DNA of 64,000 bases from Sedimentisphaerales bacterium (GCA_963663965.2 CAXXFK010000007.1:64001-128000), one strand, 5' to 3'. Positions 39,246-50,767 are shown, counted from the stretch's first letter. The notes: generated by a model not told the origin, from the sequence alone. Translations and numbers: made by a program.

Positions 39246-40763
39246 ATGAAACCATATGCCACGTTATGTCTGACAGTAATCGTTATGTCTGTTTTAACCG
39301 GATGTTTCGATACCCGGCAAATCGAAAAAGAATTCGATCGAAACCGGGCGGCCGGCTATGCCCGCCTGACCCGCGTTGCGACACCCGAATCAAATCAATC
39401 TGAAATACCATCCGATACTCTGCCAATAATTTCAGGACCATTATCCCTGCAATCTTGTATTGATATGGCATTGGTTCATAACAAGGAAGTGCAAATTGCT
39501 CGCAGTCGCCTGCTCGAATCGGATGGCCAGATGCAGGAAGCCATCTCGACGGCATTGCCCAAAGCCAGCCTGCAAGGGGAGCAGATGTGGAAGGATCAGG
39601 AGATCGAGTTTTCTTTCAGCGATTTATTTTCCGGCGGCGGGGGGCAGAATGATCCCGCAAGCGATTTCAGTGTTCCGCCGACTACCTATAGTCAGGAATC
39701 GCGCCAGATCCAGTTGCTTGTCCGACAACCCATCTATCTTGGAGGAGTCATTGGCGCCGCGCTGGATGCCGCCAAAGTGTATACTTACCAGGTTCAGCAG
39801 CAATTGCGGGCTTCCGTCCAAAGCGTGCAATATCGAACCCGCCAGGATTATTTAAATGTATTGCTTGCGCGCGAACTGGCCGGCGTGGCGAGCCAGGCGC
39901 GCGATAATGCCGCCCGCTTACTGGAGGATACCCGCAAAAAATATGAGTCGGGTCTGGCAGCGCGGTTTGATGTGTTGCGCGCTGAAGTGCGGCTCAAAGC
40001 CATGGAAGCTGAAACCATTCGGCGCGATAATGAATTCGATACCGCGGTTATTCAATTGCGTAACACATTGGGGATCTCTCAGATGAGCGACATTGAATTG
40101 TCGGATGTTCTCGAGCATAAAGCGGTTGAGTATGATCGTGAGGCCACGTTGCATCATGCCATGTTGCGACGGCCCGATCTGCTGATTGGCGAGGCGATGG
40201 TGCGTCTGATGGTAGACAATCTCCGGTCCGAAAAGGCCGGCGACAAACCCAATGTGTATCTTCAGGGTTCCTATATCCGCAGTTATCCGGGTTCCGGGGA
40301 ACAGTTTGGCGGTCGCGACTGGGACATGTACGCCACCGCCGGCCTGGTGGTGGAGTGGAATTTTTTTGATGGTTTGCGTACGCGCGGTAGAGTCCTTCAG
40401 GCCAAATCAAAACTCCAGCAGCAGCGTCTTGACCTCCAACGGCTGGAACAGAAAACACAGCTTGAAGTCAGTCAGGCATTGAAAAATATCGAAAACGCGG
40501 AAAGGTATCTTCTGACCCAGGCCGGCAATGCGGACAATGCCCGGGAAGCCCTGCGACTCACCCGGGTCAGTTATCGGGAGGGTTCCGCCACTTCTCTGGA
40601 TGTCATTACGGAAGAAGTTGCCCTGGCTCAGGCGCAATCCGATTACTTTACTGCAATCCATAATTACCAAAGCGCCATTCTCAATCTGGAACTTGCTATG
40701 GGTACTTTGGGTGAACGAAACTTGAATCAGGTTAATTCTGAAACCGAAGAGCCGACGAATTGA
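39246..40763 (+). CDS. TolC-family outer membrane efflux protein (lipoprotein)
   Basis: VLTGC lipobox; two OEP repeats (KYESGLAARFDVLRAE; SYREGSATSLDV). Confidence 0.9.
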   Translation: MKPYATLCLTVIVMSVLTGCFDTRQIEKEFDRNRAAGYARLTRVATPESNQSEIPSDTLPIISGPLSLQSCIDMALVHNKEVQIARSRLLESDGQMQEAISTALPKASLQGEQMWKDQEIEFSFSDLFSGGGGQNDPASDFSVPPTTYSQESRQIQLLVRQPIYLGGVIGAALDAAKVYTYQVQQQLRASVQSVQYRTRQDYLNVLLARELAGVASQARDNAARLLEDTRKKYESGLAARFDVLRAEVRLKAMEAETIRRDNEFDTAVIQLRNTLGISQMSDIELSDVLEHKAVEYDREATLHHAMLRRPDLLIGEAMVRLMVDNLRSEKAGDKPNVYLQGSYIRSYPGSGEQFGGRDWDMYATAGLVVEWNFFDGLRTRGRVLQAKSKLQQQRLDLQRLEQKTQLEVSQALKNIENAERYLLTQAGNADNAREALRLTRVSYREGSATSLDVITEEVALAQAQSDYFTAIHNYQSAILNLELAMGTLGERNLNQVNSETEEPTN

Positions 40764-40839
40764 AATTCAATTACCGACAATTACGCCTTGCCAATAGAAT
40801 CGCAAGGCTCTAGAAAATAAATATCAGGAGCAATCAGCG

Positions 40840-42099
40840 ATGAAGAAATTGATCGTCATTATTATTCTGGTTCTGGCCATTCTGGGCGGGGCCGCTTATT
40901 ACCGGGTCAATGAACTGCGCAACCAGCCGGAAATCAAAGGCATCGACGAAATCCAGCAGGATAATGGTTTGCCGGTCCGGATTTTTGAATGTCAAACGGA
41001 ATCGGTAGATGATACCTTTCTGGCCAGCGGTACCATTGAACCCATTCAGACCGTTGCCATTGCCGCTGAAGTGCCTGGCCGGGTCGAACAAATCCAAGTC
41101 AAAGTCGGCCAGCCAGTCAAGCAAGGGGATTTGCTGATCACGCTCGATACCACAACCGCCCTGCTGAGTTTGCGGCAGGCGGAAGAATCGCTCCGTCAAG
41201 CCGAACAGGCGTTGACCAAATTAGAAAATGGTTCGCGTCCCGAAGAAATCGAACTGGCCCGCGCGCAAATGGAGCAGGCCCGGGCCGACCTTGATCTGAA
41301 GAAGTTGGAAAAAGAACGGTTCAGCAAGCTCTTCGAAGAGGAAGCCGCCACGCTGCAAATGAAACAGCAAACCGAAGCCGCCTGCCATGCGGCGCAAGCC
41401 CTTTTTGACGCGGCGCAGGCCTCCTATCAACTGGCCCGGTCCGGCCCGCGCGCCGAGGATATTGAATTGGCTAAAATTGCCGTCGATCAGGCCAAAACGG
41501 CCCTGGCTCAGGCCCGGGACCATCTTGAAGATTTCTATCTCAAAGCGCCTTTTGACGGCGTTATCGCGCAAAAAATGACTGAAGTGGGCGATATTGCCGA
41601 CTTTAAGCAAACCCTGTTTCGTTTAATGCGGATTGGCCGGGTCTATAGCGATGTCGATGTCTCTGAATTGTATATCGGCAAAGTCAACATTGGCATGCCG
41701 GTGAAAGTGCGGGCGGATGCGCTGCCCGGCGAAACATTTGTTGGGAAAGTGTCTGAAATTAATCCGGCCAGTACGGGCCCTGGGCGTTCTTATCTGACCC
41801 GTATTGAAATTGACAACCGCTCCGGCCGTTTGCGCCAGGGTATGTTTGCCCGTGCGGAGTTCGTAATGGATCATATTGAAAATGTATTTTTATTGCCGGA
41901 TGATGCGGTCAGAGATGAGCGCGGTCAAAGTTATGTTCTGGCTATAAGCGAACAAAATGTGGTTGAAAAAGTTGACGTTAAAACGGGCAGAATGATTGGC
42001 GACCGCATCATCGTCGAATCCGGCATTACGACTGGCATGAAAGTTGTTGTAATGGGCATGAATATTGAGCCCGGCCGTAAAGTTACCATCGTGGAATAA
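40840..42099 (+). CDS. RND efflux periplasmic adaptor (membrane fusion protein)
   Basis: AEVPGRVEQIQVKVGQPVKQGDLL, long coiled coil, LKAPFDGVI, LRQGMFA. Confidence 0.93.
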   Translation: MKKLIVIIILVLAILGGAAYYRVNELRNQPEIKGIDEIQQDNGLPVRIFECQTESVDDTFLASGTIEPIQTVAIAAEVPGRVEQIQVKVGQPVKQGDLLITLDTTTALLSLRQAEESLRQAEQALTKLENGSRPEEIELARAQMEQARADLDLKKLEKERFSKLFEEEAATLQMKQQTEAACHAAQALFDAAQASYQLARSGPRAEDIELAKIAVDQAKTALAQARDHLEDFYLKAPFDGVIAQKMTEVGDIADFKQTLFRLMRIGRVYSDVDVSELYIGKVNIGMPVKVRADALPGETFVGKVSEINPASTGPGRSYLTRIEIDNRSGRLRQGMFARAEFVMDHIENVFLLPDDAVRDERGQSYVLAISEQNVVEKVDVKTGRMIGDRIIVESGITTGMKVVVMGMNIEPGRKVTIVE

Positions 42100-42156
42100 G
42101 GTGTTGGTTTGTTTCTGTAACAAGCGATAGCTTTCAATTGATAGGTGAGATAATTC

Positions 42157-45100
42157 ATGAGTCTGATTAGTACATCTGTTAAACGCCCGGTTCTGGTCCT
42201 GGTCATTATGATCGCCCTCAGTGGCATGGGACTGTTTTGCTACAACATTCTGCCGCGCGAACTGTTTCCTGATGTTGAGTTTCCCATGGTAACCGTGATG
42301 ACGGTTTACAGTGGGGCGGGGCCTGATGAAATCGAAGAACTGATCACGAAAAAACTGGAAGAAGAGGTTAGTACGGTCGAAGGCCTGAAACATGTTTACG
42401 GCACGTCTCAGCAGGGCTTGAGTCTGATTATGGCGGAATTTAATCTGGAAACCGATGTCGATGCCGCCGCGGCCGATGTCCGCGCCAAAGTGGACCTGGT
42501 GCGGAGTGATCTGCCTGAAGCCGCCGAAGATCCAATCACGCAGAAGTTTGATTTTAATGATGAGCCCGTGGTTCAATTGGCGGTTTCGGCCAATCGTTCT
42601 TTGCGCGAAGTCTATTTCTATGCCAAAGAGCGCATCAAAGACCAGCTTTCTACCGTGCTGGATGTGGCGTCTGTTGAAATTGTTGGCGGCGAGGAACGCG
42701 AGATTCATATCCTGGCCGATCAACAGCGGCTCCGTTCCTACCACCTGAATATTTCAGATCTGATCGGGGCGGTGGCCATGGCCAATATTGAATCGCCCGG
42801 CGGCTATATTCAACAGAACCGCCGTGAGTACAATATCCGGCTGCGCGGGAAATTTGCCTCACTGGACGAAATCCGCAATCTGAGAATCAATACCGGCGTC
42901 GAAGGCGTCGCCCCCATCTATCTCAAGGATATCGCTGAGGTACGCGATTCATTCAAAGAAATCCGCGACAAGATCCGCAGTAACGGCCTGGCCTGTGTGG
43001 GTATCAATGTCCAGAAAAGGGCCGGTGGCAATACTGTAGCGGTCGATGAAGGCGTTAAAAAGAAAATTGCCGAACTGGATAAATTGCTCCCCGAAGATTT
43101 CGAAATTACCGTTCAAAACGACCAGGGCCCCTGGATTACTTCATCCATTCAGAACGTGCTCCAAAATATGTTCATTGGCGTTCTGCTCACCGGCCTGGCG
43201 CTTTACCTGTTCCTGCATACCATGCGAGGCGTGCTGGTCGTTTCGCTTTCCATGCCCATTTCGGTGATGACCACATTTATTATCATGTACATCAGCGGCT
43301 TTTCCTTGAATATGATGAGCCTGATGGGATTGGCCATGACAGTCGGCATCCTTGTGAACAACTCGATTCTCGTACTGGAAAATATTACCCGCTATGTTCA
43401 GCTGGGCCACGATCCCAAAATTGCCGCGGTCGAAGGTTCCGGCGAAATCGCCACAGCGGTGTCTTCGACCACGTTAACCAATGTGGTGGTATTTGTGCCC
43501 ATCGCTTTTATGGGTGGCATTATCGGTCAGTTTTTCAAGGACTTTGGCCTCACGGCAACTTTTGCCACCATGGTATCATTGTTTATTTCATTTACCCTGA
43601 CTCCCATGATGGCCGGCCGGTTGATCAATCCCCGGGCTATCAGTACCGAAGGCCCCGGTCTCTTTCGTTGGTTCGGCCGCAAGTTTGATGCCGGCCTGGC
43701 TGATATTACTTCGAACTATGAAAAAATTCTTCGCTTTGCGCTGCGCTTTCGCTGGTTGATTATCCTGCTTGCGTTGTCATTGTTGGTTGGCGGATTCAGC
43801 CTGACCCGGTTTATTGGCGGCGAATTTATTACCAATATGGACCAGGGTCGTATCTCAATTTTAATTGAAATGCCCACCGGTACGCGTTTGGAAGAAACCG
43901 ATGCGGCCGTTCACCAGCTCGAAGAAGTGTTGAAGCATGACGATGTCCTTGGCAATCTTTTAGTTAACACCTACAGTGGAATCGGCGCCACCTTTGGCGG
44001 CGATATGGGAGGCGCCAGCCAGGGTGTTAATATTGCTCAGATTAATGTCAAAGTTAAGGATAAGGAAGACCGCGAGCCCTTTGAAAGTGTCAAGCAGATC
44101 ATTAACCGGATTCGTCCCAAACTGGCCGAGGCCAATATCCCCGGCGCCCGTATCAAAGTGTTCGAAGAAGGTGGCGGCGGGGGGGCTGGCGCCGCGATTC
44201 AAGTAGCGTTGGTTGGTGACGATACGGATAAATTGCGGACACTGTCAGAAGAAACCATGGCCATGATGGGCCGCCTGGAAGGAACCGTCGATATCGATAG
44301 CAGCTTCCGGATCGGCCAGCCTGAAGTACGCGTGATTCCTGACCGTGAGCGATGCAAGGATTGTGGCATCACCACGTCGCAGTTGTCTCAAATCCTGGCC
44401 GCCCATTTTGAGGGCTTGATCGCCAGTGAATACCGTGAAGGCGCTTACGATTACGATATCCGGGTTCGCAGCAATGAAAGTGCCCGCGAAAATCTGATGG
44501 ATGTGCCCAACCTGACTATCATGACGCCTGCTGGTCGCAAGCCATTGCCGGAACTGGCAAAAATCGAACATAAGGTTGGGCCCGCCCAGCTCTATCGACG
44601 CGACCGGCAGAGCCAGATCACCGTGAGCTGTGATGCGACCGGCCGGACACCGGGTGATATCGTGATGGATATTGATCGGGAGATGGCAACCATTATGAAA
44701 AAATATCCCGGTTGTAATTATGTGTATATCGGTGATGTTGAGATGATGCAGGATAGTTTCGGACGATTGGGCATGGCGATGATCATGGCTACCTGTCTGA
44801 CCTATCTGCTGCTGGCGGCCCTGCTGGAATCGTTTGTGCAGGCGTTTGTGATCATTTTTGCCTTGCCGATGAGTCTTGTCGGGGTATTCGTCATGATGTT
44901 CATTATGGGCGGCACATTCTCTATCTTCTCGATTATGTCAATCATTATGTTGCTGGGCCTGGTGGTCAACAACAGTATCGTGGTGATAGATTATATCAAT
45001 GTCCTGCGCGGCAAAGGGATCAAACGGCGCGAAGCGATTGTTGAGTCCTGCACCACTCGATTGCGGCCGATTCTGATGGCGGATATTACCACCATTGTCG

Positions 45101-45327
45101 CCTTGATACCTCTGGCGCTTGGTCTGGGCTGGGGTGGCGAAATGATGGCCTCGATGGCCCAGGCCCAGATCGGCGGCCTGATGATGGACGCTTTGGGACT
45201 GATTATTTCGCCCACGGTATATAGCCTGGTGGATGATCTGGCTAACTGGGTTCGCCGGCTTATCCACGCCAAATCGACGGACCAGCTTCAATTGGAAATT
45301 CATGAAAGTCTGGAAGCCTCCAATTAA
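42157..45327 (+). CDS. RND efflux permease (AcrB/AcrD/AcrF family)
   Basis: 1056 aa; KRPV, ELFPDVEFP, LNMMSLMGL, NNSILVLENI, RLRPILM. Confidence 0.95.
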   Translation: MSLISTSVKRPVLVLVIMIALSGMGLFCYNILPRELFPDVEFPMVTVMTVYSGAGPDEIEELITKKLEEEVSTVEGLKHVYGTSQQGLSLIMAEFNLETDVDAAAADVRAKVDLVRSDLPEAAEDPITQKFDFNDEPVVQLAVSANRSLREVYFYAKERIKDQLSTVLDVASVEIVGGEEREIHILADQQRLRSYHLNISDLIGAVAMANIESPGGYIQQNRREYNIRLRGKFASLDEIRNLRINTGVEGVAPIYLKDIAEVRDSFKEIRDKIRSNGLACVGINVQKRAGGNTVAVDEGVKKKIAELDKLLPEDFEITVQNDQGPWITSSIQNVLQNMFIGVLLTGLALYLFLHTMRGVLVVSLSMPISVMTTFIIMYISGFSLNMMSLMGLAMTVGILVNNSILVLENITRYVQLGHDPKIAAVEGSGEIATAVSSTTLTNVVVFVPIAFMGGIIGQFFKDFGLTATFATMVSLFISFTLTPMMAGRLINPRAISTEGPGLFRWFGRKFDAGLADITSNYEKILRFALRFRWLIILLALSLLVGGFSLTRFIGGEFITNMDQGRISILIEMPTGTRLEETDAAVHQLEEVLKHDDVLGNLLVNTYSGIGATFGGDMGGASQGVNIAQINVKVKDKEDREPFESVKQIINRIRPKLAEANIPGARIKVFEEGGGGGAGAAIQVALVGDDTDKLRTLSEETMAMMGRLEGTVDIDSSFRIGQPEVRVIPDRERCKDCGITTSQLSQILAAHFEGLIASEYREGAYDYDIRVRSNESARENLMDVPNLTIMTPAGRKPLPELAKIEHKVGPAQLYRRDRQSQITVSCDATGRTPGDIVMDIDREMATIMKKYPGCNYVYIGDVEMMQDSFGRLGMAMIMATCLTYLLLAALLESFVQAFVIIFALPMSLVGVFVMMFIMGGTFSIFSIMSIIMLLGLVVNNSIVVIDYINVLRGKGIKRREAIVESCTTRLRPILMADITTIVALIPLALGLGWGGEMMASMAQAQIGGLMMDALGLIISPTVYSLVDDLANWVRRLIHAKSTDQLQLEIHESLEASN

Positions 45328-45345
45328 TGTGGCTATAATGCTGTA

Positions 45346-46140
45346 ATGAGCCATGAACATAATATCAATATCGAAACTCTGGCAAATTCCGACCGCTATT
45401 CCCGTCAGGTGATTTATGCCCCGATTGGCATCGAGGGCCAGCGAAAACTGATCGGCGCTCGAGTGACCCAGATCGGATGTGGGGCACTAGGGGCGCATCT
45501 GGCCGACACCATGGTGCGCAGTGGCCTGGGCACCTTGCGGCTGATCGATCCCGACCGGGTCGAAATGAGCAACTTACAGCGCCAGACATTATATGATACT
45601 GAAGACGCTCTCGCCGGTCGGCCCAAAGTGCAGGCGGCCGCCGATAAATTGAGGCGTATCAATCCCGACTGTTCGATCGAAGTATTACAGGTCTGGATAT
45701 CGCCGCAAAATATCGAAGTTTTGATTGCCGGCAGCGATCTGGTCCTTGATGCGGTTGATAATTTTCAGGTTCGCTACCTGATCAACCAGGCCTGTATCAA
45801 GCATAATATCCCATGGATTCATGGCGGATGCCTGGGGGCGGCTGGTAATGGTCTGGTAGTGGTTCCCGGTGGCAAACCCTGTTTTGCTTGTGTGCTGCCC
45901 GAACCTCCTCAGAGCACGGTTACCTGCAACGAGGTGGGCATCATTGCGCCGGCCGTTGGCGTTATCGCTGCCTGGCAGGCGACCCAGGCGATTAAATACC
46001 TGACCGAAAATCATGACAGCCTGGACCGATCCTATTTTTGTTATGATCTCTGGAACAATATGACTCGGCGACTCAATCTGGGCCGCCTTCAATCGGGATG
46101 CCAGGTTTGCACCAGACATAAATTTGATCTGTTGCCATAA
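45346..46140 (+). CDS. ThiF/MoeB family adenylyltransferase
   Basis: RYSRQ, GCGALG, SNLQRQ, CFAC, TCNEVG, CQVC. Confidence 0.9.
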   Translation: MSHEHNINIETLANSDRYSRQVIYAPIGIEGQRKLIGARVTQIGCGALGAHLADTMVRSGLGTLRLIDPDRVEMSNLQRQTLYDTEDALAGRPKVQAAADKLRRINPDCSIEVLQVWISPQNIEVLIAGSDLVLDAVDNFQVRYLINQACIKHNIPWIHGGCLGAAGNGLVVVPGGKPCFACVLPEPPQSTVTCNEVGIIAPAVGVIAAWQATQAIKYLTENHDSLDRSYFCYDLWNNMTRRLNLGRLQSGCQVCTRHKFDLLP

Positions 46141-46173
46141 AAAAAGCGCGGTTTCATCCTGAATTCCGCGCTT
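46139..46173. terminator. Terminator between the convergent thiF/moeB and ahpD-like genes
   Basis: AAAAAAGCGCGG...CCGCGCTT hairpin; U-tract on the minus strand. Confidence 0.65.
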
Positions 46174-46270
46174 CATAAACCTAAGCAGAATAACAATTAC
46201 TCAGTTGGGTGTAAGGTCTTGGTTAATAATTTTTGCGATTTATTTTTTAAGCCGGCCAGGCCGGCCTGGA

Positions 46271-46645
46271 TCATACTTTAATATCGTGGTTCAAACCGAT
46301 CGACGCATTGAATTTATTAAATGCGCTCATTACTGCTGCCACTTCAATGGCCGCGGTAATCTCATCATCGGTAACTCCGGCGCCGTGGGCGATGGCCCGA
46401 TGCGCGTCCACACAATAGCCGCATCCATTCACGGCGCTGACTGCGATACAGATCAATTCTTTCGTTTTTGTATCCAGCCCTTTGCCGGCGACTTCGGCCA
46501 GTTTTAAGATGCCTTCCAGAAAATCTCCGTTACGGCCCATGGCCTGAAATACTTCAGGTAACATACCGAAATTTTTCTCGAGATTGCTCTGGATCTGCTG
46601 GGCCTTATCGTCGCCACTCTTGTTGTAAAGCTTTACGCTTGCCAT
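46271..46645 (-). CDS. Carboxymuconolactone decarboxylase / AhpD-like alkylhydroperoxidase
   Basis: KELICIAVSAVNGCGYCVDAH (CxxC-x3-H); AGGAG RBS. Confidence 0.9.
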   Translation of the reverse strand: MASVKLYNKSGDDKAQQIQSNLEKNFGMLPEVFQAMGRNGDFLEGILKLAEVAGKGLDTKTKELICIAVSAVNGCGYCVDAHRAIAHGAGVTDDEITAAIEVAAVMSAFNKFNASIGLNHDIKV

Positions 46646-46869
46646 AATAGTCTCCTGTTAATGTTCATTTAAACAATAATACAAAATACGTGAAGAATTA
46701 TAGGCATAAACTTCACAAAAGTAAAAATATGAAAAGAAAATTGGACAAATCGGGAATTGATTCTCAAAAATAACGTTATCTCTAAGAGACCGCAATGATG
46801 ACATATGACTTTATTATATAAATACTTAGAACATGAAAGTCCGTATAGTGTCCCGAAAGGTATTCGTAA

Positions 46870-48879
46870 ATGCCGAGATTAATTCTGATTTTTAAACTAT
46901 TTATGCTGGCGGGCCTGGTTACCGGGCGATTATTCGCGGCAGAATTTATTCATCCCGGTTTGCTCCATAGTCAGGCCGATCTGGATCGAATTAAACAAAA
47001 GGTACATGCCGGCGAAGAACCCTGGAAAAGCGGCTATCAAATCTTCCAGATAGATTCCGCTTCACAAGCAAAGTATCGCATGCGCGGCCCCGCGGAAACT
47101 ATCGGGCGTGCTCCGAATGTGAATTTTGTTGAATTTGATCAGGATGCCAACGCTGCCTATCAGATCGCATTAATGTGGGCAATCACTGGCGATCGGGTTT
47201 ATGCGGTTAAATCAATGGAAATTATTGATGCCTGGAGCCGCACTCTTAAGCAGGTTACCGGCCGCGATGCCGTTCTCATGGCGGGATTGGGGCCATTCAA
47301 GATGATCAACGCGGCCGAGATCCTTCGCTATACCGATGCCTCATGGCCGGATTCATCCATTCGACAGGCGGAGCGGATGTTTTTAGAGGCGATCTATCCA
47401 ACAGTGAAGGACTTCGCTTTATTCGCCAATGGCAATTGGGATATTGCCGCCATGCAAACGGTAATGGCAATTGGCGTGTTCTGTAACGACCGGGCTATTT
47501 TCGAACGCGGCTTGCGTTATTATGTAGATGGCGCCGGTAATGGCCGGTTAACCCATTATGTTGTTAACGCAGTCGGGCAATGCCAGGAAAGCGGCCGGGA
47601 TCAACAGCACACCCAACTGGGATTAGCCATGTTGAGCGCCTGTTGTGAAATCGCCTGGCAGCAGGGATTGGATTTGTATGCTTATTCCGATTACCGCTTG
47701 CTCAATGGTTTTGAATACACCGCGCAGTATAATCTCGGCGATGATGTTCCATTTACCGACATCCTGGATCGAACCGGGAAATATCATCATACTCGGATTT
47801 CTGACCAGGGCCGTGGTCATTTGCGCGCAATTTATGAACAGGTGTATAACCACTATGTTAATCGTGCCGACCTCGATGCCCCCTGGACCCGGAAAGCGGC
47901 CGAGAAAATTCGGCCTGAAGGCCCCGGCCATCCCGGAGCGGATCATCCCGGCTTTGGAACATTGCTGTATTCCAGGTCGACACAATCAAATAATGCCGAT
48001 GGCTTCCCACAACCCCCCGCTGGTCTGGTAGGTCATGGATCCACTCAGCAGATTAAGTTAACCTGGGTCTCTTCTGTTTATGCAGATCGCTATATTATAA
48101 AGCGGGCCACACGGATTGATGGGCCGTATACTATTATTGCCGATAACATTGCCGCTCCGACTTATGTCGATTCTACTGTTGATTCAGGACAGCTATATAC
48201 CTATACAGTATGCGCGGTCAATGCTAACGGGCAAAGCCGGGATGCTTTCCCGGTCAGTGTGTGTGCCGGCTTGCCGGCTTCCTGGTCCTGTCAGGATATC
48301 GGCGAGACAACCATACCGGGCCAAAGCGCCTTTGATGGCGAACGGTTTATTCTTACCGGATCGGGCCGAATAACAGGCGCGGATGATGATCAGATGCATT
48401 TTGCCTTTCGGAGTATGACGGGCGATGGTGTCATTATGGCCCGATATATTCCTCCATTCAACTCCCAGACCACAATGATGGGCCCGGTCATGCGCGAGTC
48501 GCTGGACAGCAGTTCCGATCAGGTTGCATTGATAATCATGCCGGTCTTTGGAAGAAATGTGGAGGCGCCCGGCTGGTACGCGCGTGTTTCTGAAAGAAGT
48601 AAAACCGGCGAACAATCCCAGGCCCAACCGGGCGTCCGTCTGAATAATCCGGCGGTGAGCCATGGCCGCTTGACCGGGCCATGCTGGCTTCGCCTGGAGC
48701 GGAAAGGAAACACGTTTACTGGCTCAACCTCGTATGATGGCACAACCTGGATTTTGGCAGGCCAAACCACGGTGTCTTTGAACAATAACCTCTATGTGGG
48801 TTTGGCTGTTTGCTCCGGGCGGGATGATTTGGCTACTCAGGTCCAATTCGACCACGTTACCCTAAAGCCCGATCGGTAA
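46870..48879 (+). CDS. Secreted alginate-lyase-family protein with Fn3 and C-terminal beta-sandwich domains
   Basis: FIHPGLLH, ANGNWD, GQCQESGRDQQH, GFEYTAQYN; Fn3 YTYTVCAVN. Confidence 0.8.
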   Translation: MPRLILIFKLFMLAGLVTGRLFAAEFIHPGLLHSQADLDRIKQKVHAGEEPWKSGYQIFQIDSASQAKYRMRGPAETIGRAPNVNFVEFDQDANAAYQIALMWAITGDRVYAVKSMEIIDAWSRTLKQVTGRDAVLMAGLGPFKMINAAEILRYTDASWPDSSIRQAERMFLEAIYPTVKDFALFANGNWDIAAMQTVMAIGVFCNDRAIFERGLRYYVDGAGNGRLTHYVVNAVGQCQESGRDQQHTQLGLAMLSACCEIAWQQGLDLYAYSDYRLLNGFEYTAQYNLGDDVPFTDILDRTGKYHHTRISDQGRGHLRAIYEQVYNHYVNRADLDAPWTRKAAEKIRPEGPGHPGADHPGFGTLLYSRSTQSNNADGFPQPPAGLVGHGSTQQIKLTWVSSVYADRYIIKRATRIDGPYTIIADNIAAPTYVDSTVDSGQLYTYTVCAVNANGQSRDAFPVSVCAGLPASWSCQDIGETTIPGQSAFDGERFILTGSGRITGADDDQMHFAFRSMTGDGVIMARYIPPFNSQTTMMGPVMRESLDSSSDQVALIIMPVFGRNVEAPGWYARVSERSKTGEQSQAQPGVRLNNPAVSHGRLTGPCWLRLERKGNTFTGSTSYDGTTWILAGQTTVSLNNNLYVGLAVCSGRDDLATQVQFDHVTLKPDR

Positions 48880-48912
48880 TCCCGGATAGCAAGAGTTTAA
48901 TTTGATATCAAT

Positions 48913-48945
48913 AAAAAAGCCGGACTCGTTCCTGAATCCGGCTTT
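48913..48945. terminator. Terminator between the convergent lyase gene and aspS
   Basis: AAAAAAGCCGGA...TCCGGCTTT. Confidence 0.75.
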
Positions 48946-48970
48946 GATTTCATAGATCAAATATTAGCGG

Positions 48971-50767
48971 CTATTTTGCCGGGCCTTTCTGGCGGATGGC
49001 GATATGCAGCTCATCCAGCTGCTTCTGTTCAACGCCCGATGGGGCTTCCGTCAGCAGGCACTGGCCCTTCTGGGTTTTCGGGAATGCGATCACATCACGG
49101 ATATTATCAGTGCCGGTCAGCAGCATTACCAGGCGATCCAGCCCCCAGGCAATACCGCCGTGCGGGGGGGCGCCATATTTCAACGCGTTCAGGAAGAAGC
49201 CAAACCGCATCTGGGCCATTTCATCGCTGATCCCCAGCAGTCGAAATACCTTTGCCTGGATCTCAGGCTGGTGGATACGAATACTGCCGCCCGCCACTTC
49301 GTTGCCGTTCAAAACAATGTCGTAGGCCTGTGAACGAATGTTGCCCGGATCGGTTTCCAGCTTGTCGATGTCTTCTGGAAACGGCGCGGTAAATGGGTGA
49401 TGCAGCGAATCCCAGCGGTTCTCATCTTTATTGAACTCAAACATCGGGAAATCCACCACCCAGACAAACTCCATCTGCTTGTCATCATAAAGCTTCAAAT
49501 CTTCGCCGAGCTTACAGCGTAATGCCGCCAGCGCTTTATTGACAGTCTCCGCCTGATCCGCCACCATTAAAATCAAATCGCCTTCTTTGGCGCCAAATCG
49601 GCTGATCAATTCCTGCCGCTGGTCGTCGGAGAAAAACTTGGCGATATTGCTGGTCAGTTCTAATCCATCACGGCCTTCAGCCTTGGTCACCTTAAACCAC
49701 GCCAGGCCACGCGCGCCATAGTTCGCCACATACTCTGTCAGTGTTTTTTCAATATCGCTGCGCGAATAACTGCCGGCGCCCGGCGCGCATAATCCTTTTA
49801 CCATACCCCCTGATGCGGTTACGCCGGTAAATACCTTAAACTCGCATTGGGCGGCGATATCGCTGATATTCTTCAGTTTCATTTCGAAACGTAAATCAGG
49901 GCGGTCAATCCCGTAATCGTCAACGGCTTCCCGATAGGACATCCGCCGCATCGGGGTTTTAACTTCCACGCCGGCAATCTCTTTGAATACCCGGGCAAAA
50001 CAGTTCTCCGTCACGCCAATCACATCATCCATATCGACAAAGCTCATTTCAATATCGATCTGAGTAAATTCGGCCTGTCGGTCCGCCCGTGGGTCTTCAT
50101 CGCGAAAACAGCGTGCTACCTGAAAATAGCGGTCCATGCCGCTGACCATCAGGACCTGTTTAAATAACTGGGGTGACTGGGGCAAGGCGTAAAATGAGCC
50201 GGCGGCCAGTCGGGAAGGCACCAGATAGTCACGCGCCCCTTCCGGAGTGCTCTTGCCCAGGACCGGTGTTTCAATTTCATAAAAACCGTTCTCCTGGTGA
50301 TACTGGCGAATGATCCGTGTCGCCTTATTGCGTACCCGCATGATGTTCTGCATGCGTTCGGACCGCAGGTCGATATAGCGGTACTTCAACCGCAGCTCTT
50401 CATTGACCTTCTGGTTCGTGTCGACCTCAAACGGTGGAGTTTCTGCTTTGTTGTGGACTTCAATCTCAAAGATATCTACCTCAATATCTCCGGTTGCCAG
50501 CTTCGGATTCGCCATCCCCTCAGCGCGGGCAATAACCTTGCCCTTGCCGCTGATAACCCATTCACTGCGGAGATCCCGGGCAATTTTATGGGCCTCAGGA
50601 TTAATTTCCGGATCAAAAACCAGTTGGGTCAATCCTGCCCGGTCGCGCAGGTCGATAAACACCAGGCCGCCATGGTCACGATATGACTTGACCCAGCCTG
50701 AAAGGATGACTTCCTGCCCGATATGTTCAGCACGCAATTCGCCACACGTATGAGTTCGCTTAAGCAT
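48971..50767 (-). CDS. aspS: Aspartate--tRNA ligase (probably non-discriminating Asp/Asn type)
   Basis: [41 protein letters not shown] insert, GAPPHGG. Confidence 0.98.
   Translation of the reverse strand: MLKRTHTCGELRAEHIGQEVILSGWVKSYRDHGGLVFIDLRDRAGLTQLVFDPEINPEAHKIARDLRSEWVISGKGKVIARAEGMANPKLATGDIEVDIFEIEVHNKAETPPFEVDTNQKVNEELRLKYRYIDLRSERMQNIMRVRNKATRIIRQYHQENGFYEIETPVLGKSTPEGARDYLVPSRLAAGSFYALPQSPQLFKQVLMVSGMDRYFQVARCFRDEDPRADRQAEFTQIDIEMSFVDMDDVIGVTENCFARVFKEIAGVEVKTPMRRMSYREAVDDYGIDRPDLRFEMKLKNISDIAAQCEFKVFTGVTASGGMVKGLCAPGAGSYSRSDIEKTLTEYVANYGARGLAWFKVTKAEGRDGLELTSNIAKFFSDDQRQELISRFGAKEGDLILMVADQAETVNKALAALRCKLGEDLKLYDDKQMEFVWVVDFPMFEFNKDENRWDSLHHPFTAPFPEDIDKLETDPGNIRSQAYDIVLNGNEVAGGSIRIHQPEIQAKVFRLLGISDEMAQMRFGFFLNALKYGAPPHGGIAWGLDRLVMLLTGTDNIRDVIAFPKTQKGQCLLTEAPSGVEQKQLDELHIAIRQKGPAK

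Noticed and set aside
41890..42744. 284-aa antisense ORF, representative of many shadow ORFs in the track
   Set aside because: Lies opposite well-supported genes and has no motifs.
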